Below, in pieces: positions 63,560 to 64,000 of a stretch of 64,000 bases of DNA. A model generated the notes under the pieces. It was not told where the DNA came from and ran no database searches. It was given only the letters and a program-made list of their open reading frames with translations. Position 1 is the stretch's first letter, and every line of letters starts with the position of its first letter. The DNA comes from an uncultured Alphaproteobacteria bacterium. GTDB lineage: Bacteria > Pseudomonadota > Alphaproteobacteria > RF32 > CAG-239. The stretch spans positions 112,892 to 176,891 of the forward strand of contig CALYAY010000002.1 of NCBI GenBank assembly GCA_944393695.1, written 5' to 3'. The position numbers and the translations under genes are program-made.

Positions 63560-64000
63560 TATTGAGCAGGAATTTGACTTTCCCCTTAAAGTCATCAAAA
63601 ATTCCCGGGCCAAAAAGCTCACTCTGCGGATAGATTCCAAAGAGCGACTGCCGGTATTGACTGTTCCCCGCTATTGCTCACAGAAAAAAGCCGTTGCCTT
63701 TGTCTGTTCCCATCGTGAATGGATAAACGAAAGCCTCAGCCGCATTCCCGTCGCCAAACCCTTTGAAAACGGCGAAACCATCTCCCTCTTTGGTAAAAAC
63801 GTCACCATCACCCATGCCCCCGAACGCCGCCTCGGCGCCAAACTGGAAGACGGCAAACTCCTGGTTTCCGGCGACCTTGAATTTTTGCACCGCCGGGTCA
63901 AAGACTTCATCAAAAAACAGGCGCAAAGCGAATTTTACAAACGTTCAAACCGCTATGCCAAAAAACTCGGACACAAAATCAACAGCGTCACCATCAAAGA
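63525..64000 (+). CDS. DUF45/YgjP-like metal-dependent hydrolase (5' part; continues past window end)
   Basis: ATG at 63525 gives MKITLLTGQTYNIEQEFDFPLKVIKNSRAKKLTLRIDSKERLPVLTVPRYCSQKKAVAFVCSHREWI..., the DUF45 N-terminal pattern. It remains open to the window end and overlaps the previous gene by 35 nt. Confidence 0.5.
   Translation, partial: MKITLLTGQTYNIEQEFDFPLKVIKNSRAKKLTLRIDSKERLPVLTVPRYCSQKKAVAFVCSHREWINESLSRIPVAKPFENGETISLFGKNVTITHAPERRLGAKLEDGKLLVSGDLEFLHRRVKDFIKKQAQSEFYKRSNRYAKKLGHKINSVTIK

Overview
The window is a chromosomal segment with an alphaproteobacterial-looking gene repertoire and order, roughly 50% GC in the core with sharply AT-rich insertions. Coordinates follow the ORF-track convention, so stop codons are included. 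The track writes M for TTG and GTG starts, so several real starts are internal, and I corrected them where homology made that clear.

Minus strand, 1..17743: the conserved tRNA-Trp / secE / nusG / rplK / rplA / rplJ / rplL / rpoB / rpoC(partial) cluster. This normally compact cluster carries three separate insertions:
- A ~4.8 kb AT-rich island between tRNA-Trp and secE. It is bounded by ~75-bp direct repeats that copy the tRNA-Trp 3' end plus its terminator, has an internal 29-bp cassette-junction repeat, contains only small orphan ORFs, and shows no integrase.
- mscL, carrying an unusual C-terminal Cx2C...Cx2C zinc-ribbon tail, plus one hypothetical gene between nusG and rplK.
- Three hypothetical genes, two of them tandem paralogous small membrane proteins, between rplL and the rpoB attenuator.

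From 17.9 kb to 64 kb the content is mostly housekeeping: hppA, acyP, an AsmA-family protein, rluC-like, rarA, Gfo/Idh/MocA oxidoreductase, truA, recX, hslO, apaG, cdnL, ackA-pta, ndk, an AI-2E transporter, holA-lptE-leuS, rsmB, a MATE transporter, tRNA-Arg(CCG), rpmB, dnaB and tandem ycgN (UPF0260) paralogs.

Items worth a second look:
- An orphan, divergent type-IV-coupling-protein-like ATPase (770 aa), co-directional with a pentapeptide-repeat protein and a SPOR-domain coiled-coil lipoprotein, with no secretion-channel genes nearby.
- Two small Cys-rich metallothionein-like ORFs.
- A catalytically degenerate MraY/WecA-like membrane protein.
- A ~600-bp hairpin and direct-repeat cluster next to an XRE regulator and tRNA-Arg.
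- A zinc-ribbon ORF in the island interrupted by an in-frame TGA.

No CRISPR array, rRNA, transposase or integrase gene was recognised.
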